Positions 42,734 through 56,955 of a stretch of 64,000 nucleotides of DNA are shown piece by piece. The translations under genes were made by a program, and so were the position numbers. Origin of the DNA: Nemertoderma westbladi (lineage: Eukaryota; Animalia; Xenacoelomorpha); the NCBI GenBank assembly GCA_032718475.1, contig JAUCBJ010006713.1, positions 1-64,000 of the forward strand, written 5' to 3'. The notes beneath the pieces are model-generated. The model saw nothing but the letters and a program-made list of their open reading frames with translations, ran no database searches and had not been told where the DNA came from. How positions within the stretch are numbered: position 1 is the stretch's first letter; each line of letters begins with the position of its first letter.

Positions 42734-45700
42734 CTATCCAAATGGCGTGGAAATCGCCATTGGGCCTCTCTCTCCATCTTCGTCGAATAGGCATGAAAAC
42801 CTCCTGTGGGCTGTCGGGCAGTCCATTCCGACTATGAGAGATACTTTCGGGACGTCCAGTTTGGGCACGGAGAAATTGATATTGTCCAGGTAGTGGTATT
42901 GTTCGACCTTGCTCTTCGTGGGTCGCCTGGCATTAATATTAATCGATTCTATTATTTGAATGGGATCGATGGTCGCCCCATAATCCCTGTCTGACGCTAC
43001 CGCTGATATTTTACAACGCCCCGTTCTCATCCTAAAGACTTCGTCTTTATTCGAGATAGTGGTTACCGCCATCTTACTTGGCCTCTTTTGTAACCCTATC
43101 TTTTCGGCCACCCAATCCTCCATTAGCGTGAACGCTGACTCCACTATCGATCAACATTAATGTTGTAACTGATTAGCCCGTCCTCTCCTGTTATTCTCAC
43201 TGGTACTAATTCGAGTAGTACCATTCTCTTTCTCTTTGCTCCCATCGTGCTCATAGCCATGGTTTGGCCTCCAGTCTCATCGTATCCTATCGGTGTTTCT
43301 CTACACTCTCCGAATCTGTGTCCTTCCACCACGCAGCGATAACATCCATTTGTATCCGCGTAGGCTACCCGATCTTGTTTAGGCAACGCTTGCCAATGCT
43401 TACAACTCATGGTCTTATGGGTTCCATCTCTATGCAATTGACATTCGTATCCTGGATTGTAGCATTCCCTGTATAGCCCTTCACGTATAGCGCGTAGATT
43501 CATATCTACCGGTTTAGTGTTTTGGTTATTTGGACTTGGCCTACTGGGTATGTTGGTATTATATTTGTTTGTGTTGTTATTTTGTTTCTGTCCCTGCCAC
43601 GGTGTGGCCCTACTCCCAACTAGGGTTCAACAGAAGGCACTTTATGGGGCCGAACCGAACCGAACCGAAGCAGGGCCAACTTCGGGCCGAACCGAACCGA
43701 ATCCGAACCGAAGTTCAGAAAGTTAGCAAGTTATGGTCATAAATTCGTATTTACGTCACTATACTGGCTGACTGGCAGTGGCAGACTGGTACCTATTTGG
43801 TCTGCTGACTTAGCGAGAAAGCTATGATTAATTAAAAAAATAAATACTACAAAATAAAATGGCAATATTTACATTACTATACATTACTAACCTAAACTAC
43901 TGTATACTTACTGTATGCATGCACTTACTGTATGCACCACATTTTCACCCGTAGTAAGCCGTACAGTAGTGACATCAAATTTAGAAAACCTCACTAAAAG
44001 TACAGGTACAGTCGGACAGTGGTGCAGACAATGGTGCAGACACTGGTGCAGACACTGGTGCAGACAGTGGTGCAGACAGTGGTGCAGACCGTGGTGCAGA
44101 CAGTGGTGCAGACAGTAGTGCAGACACTGGTGCAGACACCTGGTGAAAATACTGAAATACTAGAGTACCACAAAACACAATACCACCAGGCACTATTATA
44201 TTATATTTTATCATAGACTTTATTATCTACAAATATGCGAGTAACTACTGAAAGGTTCTACATGAAGTAGGGAGGACGTATGTAGTACAAGTCGGGGTGC
44301 GTGCTGGTGAATGTGCCCTGATTACAAATAATTAAAAGAGGTGTGTACGAAAGTAATTAATCGGTATTCCCGTTTTCATATAAACAATAATGTCTATAAA
44401 TTGTAAGCAGCAATGTCTCCAAGGAATGAGTTTTAAGCGACAGTGTGTGATTGTTTTTACATGACCTACTTTATACAGAGTATGTTTAATTTGTTTACCT
44501 TTACTGGAGCCACTGCTTATTACTGTATAATAAAACGAGCTCATTAAGTTATTGTCTCGTGCTGGGCAGCTGGGGATATACATTCACTAACTCCAGTAAG
44601 GTCTCAGGAATTCTTAGCCTGCGAGTATTCTTAGCCTGCGAGTATTCTTGGGTATTCTTAGCCCGCAAAACAATAACGTTTATTGTTTTGGTTCCCCCAA
44701 TACTCCTCTGAAACTGTGAAACCTGCTCCTTTACTAACCTGCTCGCCCCTTTACTGTCTGTACCAGTCTGCCAGTGTCTGCACCACTGTCTGCAGCAGTC
44801 AGCAGTGTCTGCACCAGGTGTCTGCACCGCTGTCTGCTCCACTGTCTGCACCAGTGTCTGCACCACTGTCTGCACCTGGTGTCTGCACCACTGTCTGCAC
44901 CACTGTCTGCACCAGTGTCTGCACCATACTGTCTGCACCAGTGTCTGCACCACTGTCTGCACCACTGTCTGCACCAGTGTGTGCACCACTGTCTGCACCA
45001 TAGGTGTCTGCATCACTGTCTGCACCATTGTCTGCACCACTGTCTGCTCTGCACCAGTGTCTGCTTAACGTTTACACTCCAAAATTAATTAGTACAACGA
45101 TGGACAGATTGATTAGTCTTACTGTCTTCTGGCAGTCTGGTCTTAGCTCAATCAGTCAATGTAATACTTGGAATATTTAGCAAAGTTTGCTCCGGGCTTC
45201 TGCAGTATCAATTGCAGAAGCCGAACCGAACCGAAATTGCCAAACTTCGGCCCGAACCGAACCGAAGCCGAAGCTTCTGTTGAGCCCTACTCCCAACTAA
45301 CTGTGGACTAGCAGTCCCCTGTGTGGCCGTATGTGGTAGCGACTGTCTCACTCTCGGGAATGCACCTGCCGGATTATGTTCGGGTTTAGGCCTGTTGTAT
45401 TCAGCTTTCGGCGCCTTCCCCAAACTATCCTCGCTGTAGACTGGGTCTGTAATCAACTCCGCCTCATAGTTAAGGAACTTTGACATCTCTTCTAGGCCTG
45501 GCTCCGCACCCTTCTTCTCCCGGGTGGAGAAGGCGATCTTTCTCCATTTGTTTCTTAGCCAGATGGGTAGTGCCTGCGCTATTGTGGTGTATGTTATGTG
45601 TATGTTATTCGATGCGTTGAGTTTGTAGGGCGCATCCAGGGTCTTCAGCACAATCAGCGCCTTTTCGACTTTATTCGCAAAAGTCTTGATGCTGACAGGG

Positions 45701-46140
45701 TTATCCTGTAGTCCACCTGATGGTATTCCCCTCAAGGTTTGCCGTATGATCTTGGCAGGGTGTCCGAATTCCCTGTCTAGGGCCCACCATGCAGTCGTGA
45801 ATCCACCCTCGATACCTTGATACTCCCTTACGATGTCGCACGCTGGGCCCCCTGTGTAAACTTGTAAATATTTTAGGCACTCCGCCTGTGTCAGGTTCTT
45901 TGTCAATATTTCGTTACTGTACATGCGTCGGAATTGCAGATATTCTTCCGGTCTGCTTCCATCGAATTTGAACGGCTCCACTGGTGGCAGCTCGAACCTG
46001 GTCTTAAGCGCATCGATGAGTGTTGCCATTCCCATCGCCTGTACTTCTAGTGGGCTTGATGGATGCTGTACAGACTCCCCTGCTGCTGTGTGCAGTTCGC
46101 CCGTCGGGCCTGTCGACCTCCTCTGCGTCGGATATATCAT
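42734..46140 (-). pseudogene. BEL-3 gag-protease, split by hAT MITE
   Basis: Removing 43621-45289 plus one TSD copy joins ORF 45208-46140 in frame to ORF 43144-43503 (...PQLVGS-RATPWQG...KPVDMNLRAI). Confidence 0.8.
43621..45289. mobile_element. Non-autonomous hAT element with inverted internal 12-bp arrays
   Basis: TIRs TAGGGTTCAACAGAAG / CTTCTGTTGAGCCCTA, 8-bp TSD CTCCCAAC, (CCGAA)n subterminal repeats, (GGTGCAGACAct)n at 44016-44140 inverted versus 44770-45062. Confidence 0.9.
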
Positions 46141-47812
46141 TGGGGGTAACGGTCCCCTCCATATCTCTGTATCACACGATCTATTCTGGTCCGAGGGGTT
46201 TGGGGTTTTTGCTCCTGGTTGAGTATATTGCTGATATTGTAATGGGAGAAAGTCCCCCCACCGGTGTTATATTTGGTATTGGGGTTGATGTTACCATGTT
46301 AGGGCCCATACACCTATCGGCAATAACTCCCCCCCTCTCCTGGGTATATGTTATGTCCTTGCATGTTATAGTCATACTGGTGTGCAGGTACCGGTACAGG
46401 CCTATCCACCTCTTGCCTACCTACCAGTATGTATGCCGCGACTTCCGGATCTAATCCCGTTGTCCGCGCTATCCTATCGCATACACTATCTCTTCCAGCA
46501 TGGCCTATAGTCTGATAGTATGTGCAGTAAGGCCTACAGTATGTCCTGCAGTCTGCCTGTGTCCTTCCGGACCGAAGTTTAATCTTCTCGAATATTCCAA
46601 GAAGTCCTTCCCGCGACTACCGTACTCTCGATCGGCAGCTATGTCCCGTCGGGAAGTTTCTCTTCGATCCCCTCTCCTGTTCTCGTCCTCGCGCCGGTAC
46701 ATCCTGTACCCTTCTCCTGGTGTGTGGTATATCTCACCAGGCTGCGTCTCTCCGGGGCGACGGCAACTCGTCTCCCTCTCTCCTCCGTAGTTGACGGCCG
46801 CCCTCCGCTTGGTCTACCGTATCGTCCCTCGTCATCGAATCCGGTGTGGCAGGCCAATACCGTCGTGTCACGGCCTCACGGATCGTTTGGTTGGTGTCGT
46901 CCGGGGTCCGCGGCGGCGTTCTCTCTCCCTCTGATAATCGGGGCTCCCTTTCGCTCATCTTCCTGTCTTTGCAGTCACAGTTTGTTGGCAGTTGGTCAGT
47001 TTATGACTGTGACGGGATCCTAAGATCCCGACCGGGTTAGATTCGTACGCGTCACCATTCTGCTGGCAGTTATGCTAAGTCGTTTTGGCCGAAGGCCGTT
47101 GGGGAAAACAATAGAGTTTCTGTTTCTCAATATTGATAGTCCAAACGATAATAGCACAATCGGTAAATCAGTAATGACACAGATATAATAGCAGAAAATA
47201 CACAGATTGATTGCTGTTGTTAGTGGCGGTGACGGTCATAAACTATGACCGGTCTGCAACTGAGTAACTAATGAACTGACCGGTAAATCAGTAGTGCAGA
47301 ATAATATATGATTAACACACACGGATTTTGATTTCACCTCTTACTGTACTTGGCCCTCTGTACCCAATGGATGCTTTCCTATCTCTAATCATGTGCTTCC
47401 CTCCCCGCTATTGGCTAATATACTAATTGTCACTTTGGCACTCCCTGTGAGTGTTTCCCCCTGCTGCTAGCCTCTACTAGCTGTATTCCTTCCGAGGTGG
47501 TTTGACCTCTCACCTCTCTCTGTGGCTTCAGGGCTTGTGCCCCCCCCCCCCCCCCCCCCCCCCAATGTTGGTTATGAGGCGAGATTAATATTGGTAATCT
47601 CGTATCCCCAACTTATTGGTGAAATGCCACTGGTCCCATTTTCTGGTGGGTAATGAAGTGGAATTGAATCCGCTTACATATTGATCAAAGCTTGATTGGC
47701 AGATTGCATTTCTCAATATTATATTTTATACAGCATTGATAGATCAGTAGATACCAGTCTGCTGGTAAGCCTAAAACAGTACAATATATTAAAATAATCG
47801 ATTTGATTTTTG

Positions 47813-48878
47813 GGGTAAATCTTTTCGACCTATGCGTAGCTACGCGTAGTTTGTAACTTCCATTCCTGTCATTTACCGGTAGGGCCAGACTTACTGCCTT
47901 TTTAACAACTACGCGTAGGTGTTTTAAAACTACGCGTAGTTATTTTGGAACTACGCGTAGGTATTTTGAAACTACGAGTAGGTGCTACGCGTAGCAGTCC
48001 TGATAACAATGATTTTTCATTTCAGGTCCGGTAGGGTTGAGTTGTTAGGCAAGTATCGGTATATGTCAGGTATCTGATTATCAGACAAATGTAATAACAG
48101 AATCGGAAACTCATATCTCTACATACAGCACTGGTAATAAATAATATTCGGCTCTTTCACATACAAACACAGGATGAATAAAAAGTAGACTTAAAATTCA
48201 CGTCTCATGATTCAAAGTAAGTTGTTACCATTGGATTATTTAAATATTCTACAGTAGTAAGCTACCAATCTACCGGTGAAGTGGTTAAACAAAAGCTGAT
48301 AAATACTGCATATAATTCAATTGTTTGGTCAAATAACAAGTGCAACCAATCATGGTAGACAATTTAGTCTCCCCCTTCCCTTGTCAAGGGGTTAACATAT
48401 TAAATATATCCTTGCCCTATCGTGAACAAAGGCAATAAAAAGCATAGAGAATCGATAAGAACCATCGGCCTATTTCCTTTGTAAACTATTTTTGAACTCT
48501 AAACATTATTACCGGTAACACATTTTAGCACCCACAACGCATGAAGTGAAGAATATGTAGTCTTAGCGTATTCCTCTATATAGAGTATACAGGTATAGGA
48601 TGCATTACTGTTGAAAGCATTTGATGGTTGTGGGTTGTTTATTGAACATACCGTATTGTCTTATTTTAGTACTGACTCTCTTGGAATACGTAGGCCTACT
48701 AATGATAAACGACGTATAGGCATAGTTATGGGTAGCACCTATGCGTAGTTAGACGTAGCACATATGCGTAGGTCGCGTAGGACCTACGCGTAGTTAATGT
48801 TAAAACTCTGAAACTGGTGATATATGACCCAATGTTGCGAACTACGCGTAGCTACGCGTAGGTTGAAAAGATTTACCC
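47813..48878. mobile_element. MITE, possibly MULE-like
   Basis: Long TIRs GGGTAAATCTTTTC(G/A)ACCTA(T/C)GCGTAGCTACGCGTAG; many CTACGCGTAG palindromes; TSD degenerate. Confidence 0.75.
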
Positions 48879-49176
48879 GCGTTTTTGTTATAAATATTAG
48901 TCAGTCCAGCAGGCAGCAGGCAGGCAGCAGGAGTCCAGCTGCCAGCAGTGAAGTTTTATTGTTGGCTTACTGGCTTAAAGTTAAGTACAGAAACTCTAAA
49001 GTCTTTAGTCAGTGGGTTTCATGCATAGAACCAAAATATTTTTGTCATCAGAAATTTAAAAAAAACAAGCAATTTGGCTCTTTTTTGTGATCAAAAACCT
49101 AAAAACCTAGTTTTAGACTTTTTTCTAATTTTAGGTTTTTGACAAAAATCGACAAAAACCTAGGTTTACAAAAACC

Positions 49177-49782
49177 GGGTACTACGAATTACCCAAAAAA
49201 AACACAAAAATACACAAAAAAACACAAAAAATTACACAAAAAAAACACAAAAATACGCAAAAAAACACAATATTACCCAAAAAAACTACCCAAAAAGACA
49301 AAAAAAAAATGTTTTTCATAAACAATGCATCTACATTCTACAATAAGATTTAGGTTAATTGTAAGAAGAGTTTCACTTTTCAGTTTTCAATTTTCACTTT
49401 ATTCAAAATATTACATTTTGTTCATTTGAAGATTCCTTTAATGACCTACTGCCACCGGTTTACCGGTAAGCCTACCCACCCAGACTGCCAGACAGCATAC
49501 AAAATCAGATTTCTTAATTAATGGAAAGGAGCAGGTTACAGTAGCAGGCTTTTCTAACCAAAACAATAAACGATAACCAAAGAACACAGGTTACAGTCTT
49601 ATTTTTCCAACCCTATCACCTATAGGATATAAATTATTCTTGTCTTTTTGGGTAAGTTTTTTGGGTAATATTGTGTTTTTTTGTGTTTTTTGGGTAAATT
49701 TTTGTGTTTTTTTGTATTTTTTTGTGTTTTTTTGTGTATTTTTGGGTAATTTTGTGTTTTTTTTGGGTAATTCCTAGGACCG
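49177..49782. mobile_element. MITE with 8-bp TSD (Merlin-like), inserted near a hAT terminus
   Basis: TIR (G/C)GGT(A/C)CTA(C/G)GAATTACCCAAAAAAA; TSD CAAAAACC at 49169 and 49783; followed by the hAT-like end TTGCCAGCCCTG at ~49806. Confidence 0.7.
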
Positions 49783-49918
49783 CAAAAACCTACTTTGCCA
49801 GCCCTGGAACCTATACTGTATACCTACTGAGGACTAGTGGCGAAACTATACCTCTAGGCCTACTGTAAATACAGTTAGTTTTCACATCAAGGCACTCTCA
49901 TCTTACGTAAGCCTGGAT

Positions 49919-50776
49919 GGGGGTCCGACGAATTTGTACAAAAAAATACAACATAGTACAATATAGTACAAAAGAATACAAAAGAGTTCAATAAAGTGCA
50001 AAAATAGTACAAAAGAGTGCAAAAATAGTACAAAAGAGTACAAACGAGTGAGAAACGCTTGCAAAACGTGTATCCAAGTGTACCGGTAGTTAAAATCGTT
50101 TAGAGGGGCGCACATGATGTGCAAAATAAAACAAAGCATTGTCTGATTGTGGGGCGAGCCATGCATTGAGCGGGGGCTGATCTAGCTGTCTAGCAGTTGG
50201 AAAGTATTACAATACAATCTTATGAGTTTTAATGCAGCTTTTTGTGTTCAAAAAACGGTCCCAAGTACGCAAAATTGCAGAGGGAGAACTCAATAAAGTT
50301 GCAGATAGAGGCGTACATACAGACATACAAAGCCTATTACGTAGCATACAGTCTCTGAGTCTACTGGCAGACTGGTCTATCAGTCTATCCTTCAGTATAT
50401 GGACTACTTTAAGACTATGACCTAAATTTTGAGTCTCGTTTATAGGAGTTTTATCTACGGGACATTTTCATTACATTATCTACGGAAATTTTGGACGAAA
50501 TTTTAACCACTTATCAATTCTAGTGAAAAAACGATGTGGTGAAAATTTCAGCCCATTTGGTTTAGCCGTTCTCGAAATATTGATGTTTTACATTTGGCGA
50601 AATTCCAAAAACCAGTGAAATACATTATTTGAAGTGGTGTCTGCAGTTGATCTGATTATCAGTTTAATGTTAATTGTATGTGATTCTAACAGCACTTTAT
50701 TGTACGGTACTCTTTTGTACTATATTGTACTATTTTGTATTTTTTTGTACTTTTTTTGTACAGATTTGTCGGACCG
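49919..50776. mobile_element. MITE with 8-bp TSD (Merlin-like)
   Basis: TIRs GGTCCGAC(G/A)AAT(T/C)TGTACAAAAAAA; TSD GCCTGGAT at 49911 and 50777. Confidence 0.7.
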
Positions 50777-51626
50777 GCCTGGATTTATTATAGTAAGTTT
50801 AGTTTTGGACGTTTAAGAATAGGCCTACTACATGCGCAATACGGCCGCTATCGATTACGTTACTTATTACTGTATTATAGTTTTAGTTTGAATTAATCGA
50901 AAACTTCAACCGGCTGACCAGTAGCTGGTAGGCCAACAGTACATCAGTACATGCCTGCTGACGACAGCTTAATTGATACCGCACCGGTCAGCCGGTTTTC
51001 CTACTTAATTACTTACAGTATAATTATACTGTAGCAATGTTAGAATACGGTATTGTTTGTGTTTCCATCTCTGTGCTGCTATGTGTCACAATGAAAACAT
51101 TTAAGCCAATACAGCAATAAGAGGATTCAGGAAAGTTCCCTTTGGACCTATGTCTTTATGTAAATGATTGAGCCAATCAGGTTACAATTTTCTGGCTTCA
51201 GTCCGCCGTTTGTCCAGACAACAAAGAGTGGATTCTTACATTATAATGCTATAATTCAAATTGACCGCTATTTTGTGCTTTTAATTGACAATCCGCAGTC
51301 CGTAGTCCGCTATTTACATGCGCCCTATCTGTAGTACTGTAGTCCGGTATTCAGGTATTGCATCGTACCTGCGTACCGGTAACTAGGCTTCCTTCTGTCC
51401 TTGTATTGTACTGTCTGACTGTAGCCATTAGGCAGGTACCAGTAGGCTATTGCAGTATTGCTGTTATTGATATTGTTTAATTTGTGATTTGATTGTGGAA
51501 CTATCATCAATTACCTACCGTACCTGATTACCACATCGTTTGACACATCGTAATCATACTGTCATACATATGCGAGTACCGGTATACAAAGAGTCAACGA
51601 CAGTAACGAAACGACACGAATTATAA

Positions 51627-51935
<309 letters not shown>

Positions 51936-52497
51936 TGATAGGCCTACTTGTGAAAAAAAATGGTACAGGTACCGGTACCGGTATTTAGAAAATTTTCACT
52001 GATTTCTTTCATGCGTTCTCGAGATATCGCTGTTTGAAATTTGACCTAGGCCTATTTCAAGTATTTGCAAAAATCTCTGAAGCACATTATTTTATATTGT
52101 GTCTAAAATGTGTCAGAAATGTGTTATTCTTTCTGTCATTTTTCTGATAATAGTTTGTATGATATTTAGGGTGCAACAGCAAAAAAATGCTTGAAAAAAT
52201 GGCTTGAAATTTCACCCATATGACATCAGGACATTGTGCTATTCCCCTTCCCGGAAATTAAAAAATTACATTTCTTGTTGAGTTTAAAATTGTTTGCCAG
52301 CCGACTTTCTAAAGTGATTTTGATGGTCCACTTTATCCCACCTTTCGGTTAAATTAAACTATGCTGGGGTTAAAGTGAACCAAACAATCAAATTTTAAGC
52401 TATGGGCAGATGGGACAGTTTATTGCAAGATAATTGTTGAAAACATATAGCCAATACGCAGTTTGCTATTAACCTTTGTAAATATGATAATTGACCA

Positions 52498-53709
52498 TAG
52501 GACTGGCAAAAACCTACTTTTTGAATTTGAAAATATAGGTCTAGGTTAGGTTAATAGGTTTTAGTATAGGTTATTAGGTTAGGTTTTTAGGTGCATTTAG
52601 GTTTACTCCTATTATTATTCTTCAACCCTCTCCAGGGGAAAATCGTCGCAAATAACAGCCTGATAGCTGATTGCGCGCTAAAACGGAAACGTGTAACCTG
52701 TCAGCCTGTGCTATTGACTTTCTTTTATTGTATCGAGACGGGATTTGCGTCAATTAGGTACCCCCACCCCCGATTTTCGTTTATTGTTTTGGTTATATTA
52801 TAATACGGTACCGGTATACATCCGCAACTTTAACTCTAGTATCTGATAAATTGACCTTCCCTCTTGCTCTCACTGATCTACACCGTTCCCGTTCTCTGGT
52901 TGTCGTCGTGTGGGCCGGTATGAGTTGAGGGTCATTCAAAGTACATTGGTCATTCACACTGTGCACTGCTGCTGCTGCACTGGATAATAATAAGGATGTA
53001 ATGTAGTCTGGCAGTAATGAAACTGAAAGTAATGAGCCATAGAACGTAGTCATACAGTTAGGTGGAGGGGGCCTCGGTCTCTCACCTGTGCTAGTGTCTT
53101 TTGTTTACAGTACTATTTTGGTAAGAATGTAATAAAGTAATATAATGGTTTTGTTTAGAAATGGAAAAAATGAGGAAGCCGGGGGTTGAACCAGTGGTTC
53201 AACTCCAATTTATTTGTTAAGAATAGCCTGCCAATGTAACTAACCTGTTTCTTTCACCAATTATCTGATTATACTCATCTCCCTGTCTCTAGTCATGAAC
53301 TGAATAACAAAGCCATATACACTAGATAGCCAATCACAATTTTAAACTCTAGAATAGTCATACTGCCATAGCCATAGCCAATCACACACAATTATATTTT
53401 GCTGTAGGCCTATTCCTGTGGGGTATTCGTTCTCAGCATAATTATGCTGTACTTGGTTTCATTGACTGATCTAAATTTTCATGACTATGTGCAAACACAA
53501 TAATGCGTTATTAATTAAGTGTAATATGATTATTAAGAATGGCGAATTACTGAACAGTGAACAGCCGAATGAAAAATGATGGAGATAACATTGGGGGGGG
53601 GGGGGGGGGTTACTCGAGATTATGCGTTTAAATTGCTTAGAAACCTATAACCTTTTCAAAAATGCAGGTTTTTGGGTTCAAACCTAAAAAACCTAGGTTG
53701 CCAGCCCTA
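52498..53709. mobile_element. Non-autonomous hAT element in Rab14 intron 1
   Basis: TIRs TAGGACTGGCAA / TTGCCAGCCCTA; 8-bp TSD ATTGACCA. Confidence 0.85.
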
Positions 53710-54199
53710 ATTGACCATCAATGAAGGCTGCAGCAGAGTAGCAGACCCTATATTTTTTAAATTCCCCATAATGTTCACTTCACCCCACTTCACTACAAAC
53801 TGAACACATTATCAAATTTTAAAAAAAATTATCAATATCCTACTCTTAGGTCTACAAACCGACAACAAATGTATAGTACTGTACATTTATTTAATCGCTC
53901 TAGCTGTCGAAGACAAGGCTGGTGATACTAAATATACATGTACAAGTATTTGTAAATTAAGAGATGATCCCTTATTTCAGCCCACCAACGCATAACGCTC
54001 TTCTCGTCCCGTTTAGTTGGGATAATTGACATATAGTTACTAATCTACTTCTGAATTCTTATTAAAGTTAAAGTCCTTATCACCTTGCTGATAATGATCC
54101 AGCACGTTATCTATCAAAGCAGGACCTAACGCCCAAAGGACCAAATAACGTGGTACCCAGTTCTGTTTATGCATAAAGGTACCATATAGCTGATTCAAG

Positions 54200-54962
54200 C
54201 AGGGACATGATACGATACGATGCGAAAACGGATTTTCGTATTTCGTGTCGCAGTATTTTATTCGTATCGAATTTCGTATCGTATCATAAAAATTGACTTC
54301 TTATCGTATAATACGAATAAATATTTTTCGTATTTCGTATCGTATTTTCGTATCATATTATTTTGTAAATATTAATGTTTTCAACGGTAAAGCCAGAGAT
54401 CACACCACTTATTTATTTAGGGTTTTTCAAAATTGGTTAATAAATTAGGTTACAGGTTAGAGTTTTATTAGGTCAATAAAATGTGTAAGACATTATCGTT
54501 AAACACATTGTAATTAATTAACTGTAGAATAATGATAAAAAAGACCAATTTTAAATAAAGTTAGAAAAATTAGAGCTCTCCTTGTGAGGAAAACTCAAAT
54601 AGCATCTAACAGGGCAGGGCATGTTTATGATAAGGCATTGTATAGTGAGAGAATAAAGAAATGGCCGCATGGTAATATGGTAAGACCTACTCTACTATAT
54701 TAGCATGACTTCTTTTTGTATGTAACCAATACAATCATACTGGAACATTGAAATAAAAAATATTTGCATATTAAATATATATTTTTAATATTATTTTCTA
54801 AGTATAAAAAAAAAATACATATATTTTTTATTAACTCTTAAATAAAATACGATACGAAAACAATACGAAACTTTTTTCGTATTTCGTATTGTATCTTGGA
54901 TTTTTCGTAACGTATCGTATTTTTTCAAAATTGCATTCGTATCGTATCGTATCCTGTCCCTG
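54200..54962. mobile_element. Non-autonomous hAT element in Rab14 intron 1
   Basis: TIRs CAGGGACA(T/G)GATACGATACGAT; (TACGA)n subterminal repeats; 8-bp TSD GATTCAAG. Confidence 0.9.
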
Positions 54963-54994
54963 GATTCAAGGAAAAAAGTAGTGATATATAAAAA

Positions 54995-55074
54995 AATCCG
55001 GCATGGCCGGAATTTTTTTACAAATCCGGCTCCGGCTTGGCCGGTTTGAAAATCGTCAATCCGGCACATCCCTA
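54995..55074. mobile_element. Isolated hAT-like terminus
   Basis: ...ATCCGGCACATCCCTA (TAGGGATGTGCCGGAT on minus) with CCGG subterminal motifs; partner end not found. Confidence 0.45.
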
Positions 55075-55611
55075 ATTCTAGCCAACACCAACTTTAATGT
55101 GTGAGGTTGGAGACACTTAATTATTATTGCATTAATGTAGTGTAGCTGGTGTGTTGCTCGCATCCACATTTTTTAACAATAAAAATAATGTTACAGTTTT
55201 GGATAATACTGCATGCGTATATATATATACAAACTGTCTCTAAAGTGCTTTAAAGTGTCTATGTCTTTCTATGTTTATTCGTACAAGTTCAATGGTGTAA
55301 CAAACCACGTGTCTCAGAACACTAAGTACCCTAACGATCTACTTACACAAGTCTCGATCTAATTATTGATGAATTAGTAAAGTTTATAGTAAATGATTAT
55401 TTTCAGCGCCCATGTAAATTTCTCAACCGAATATAATTGGCTGGTGCATTTTCACTCCCGTGGCTGACTTCCCAAACCCCTTTATAGTGATATCTCAATT
55501 TCACTTTTCTAAATATTCACAGAACTGCAGCATTTTCTTGAAAATAATCAATAATAACACAAATAATAGGCCTAACACAACCTTTATCTCTAAATCGTAA
55601 TTTATAAATAA

Positions 55612-55869
<258 letters not shown>

Positions 55870-56426
55870 TAGATAGGCCTATTATATTGCATGTAGGCTG
55901 GCTGGCTGTCAGTATGGTTGCGAATCCAATGGAAACAATTTATTTGGATCAATACGAGAATCGCAACTACGGACTAGTTTTCAGGCGGACACTGAAGGTT
56001 TGTACCATGAGGTATTACATAGAATTTCGAACTCCAAAAAAACGTGAATATAGTCAGGCCGCAGCGTACAAACGGAACCCGATTTCGAGAAATATAATCC
56101 CAGAGCCGATTTATTTAGACTGTGTCAGAGAGATGTCTAATCTGGTGTCACTGATGACAATTCAACATAAGTATTATTTGTTTATTTTTTCTATGAAAAG
56201 TTGCTGTGATATTTGCGTCAACCTAAATTATAACTGTAAACCGTTTGCGTTCACCGATTAGGCTCATCTTTATTCATTCTTAACTGTAAGATAGCGATGG
56301 CGCCACACTTACTCTCAAGGTTTAAATCCCGAAAAAGCCTATCACTTTATTTTGTGAATGTCTCACATTTAATTAGTTTAAAAGAGTCTATAATTTATTA
56401 AGCAAAATAAAATATTGTTGTTACAG

Positions 56427-56707
56427 GAAATAAATCTGATTTGGAGGCACAGCGGGATGTTACGTACGAGGAAGCCAAACAATTTGCGGAAGAGAACGGA
56501 CTCCTATTCCTGGAAGCCAGTGCCAAAACTGGCGATAATGTAGAGGAGGCCTTCCTTGATACCGCGCGCAAAATATACCAGAACATCCAAGACGGGAGTT
56601 TGGACTTAAATGCCGCCGAGTCTGGGGTGCAGCACAAACCCTCGGCACCAATCCCCGGTCGGAACTTAGCGGAGGCCAACCAGAGGAAAGAGAATTGTAA
56701 TTGCTAG
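56427..56707 (+). CDS. Rab14: Rab14 coding exon 3
   Basis: Acceptor TTACAG|; [20 protein letters not shown]...EASAKTG...[17 protein letters not shown]...CNC* (CXC prenylation motif); spliced CDS 169+198+281=648 nt = 215 aa. Confidence 0.97.
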
Positions 56708-56749
56708 TCCATGAAACGGTGTAGTACGGGGGGGGGGGGTAGGATGGGT

Positions 56750-56955
56750 TGACGGACGGATGGACAGACAGACGGACAGGCGGACGGTCAGACGGATAGA
56801 CCGACGGACGAACAGGACAGACCGACGGGACAGACCGAAGGATAGACCGGCGGACAGGCGGACGGTCAGACGGATAGACCGGCGGACGGACAGGACAGAC
56901 CGACGGACAGACCGACGGGACAGACCGAAGGACAGACCGACGGACAGACCGACGT
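56750..56955. repeat. Compound (GACN)n tetranucleotide repeat just after the Rab14 stop codon
   Basis: GACG/GACA/GACC units with a ~70-bp higher-order duplication. Confidence 0.85.

Larger units (their letters stand above)
41259..47735 (-). mobile_element. BEL-3: non-autonomous BEL-like LTR element (Gag + decayed PR, no RT/IN seen)
   Basis: Candidate 5' LTR 47061-47735 (TGCTG...CAGCA), PBS TGGTGACGCGTACG starting ~47057 (tRNA-Ile/Trp-like), Gag LPPVEPFKFDGS, knuckle CYRCVVEGHRFGEC, PR LIDSG frameshifted at ~43150, IVGMD...TPFG. Confidence 0.75.

Noticed and set aside
43915-45088. His/Cys-rich and VQT-repeat ORFs
   Set aside because: Translations of the 12-bp arrays inside the hAT MITE.
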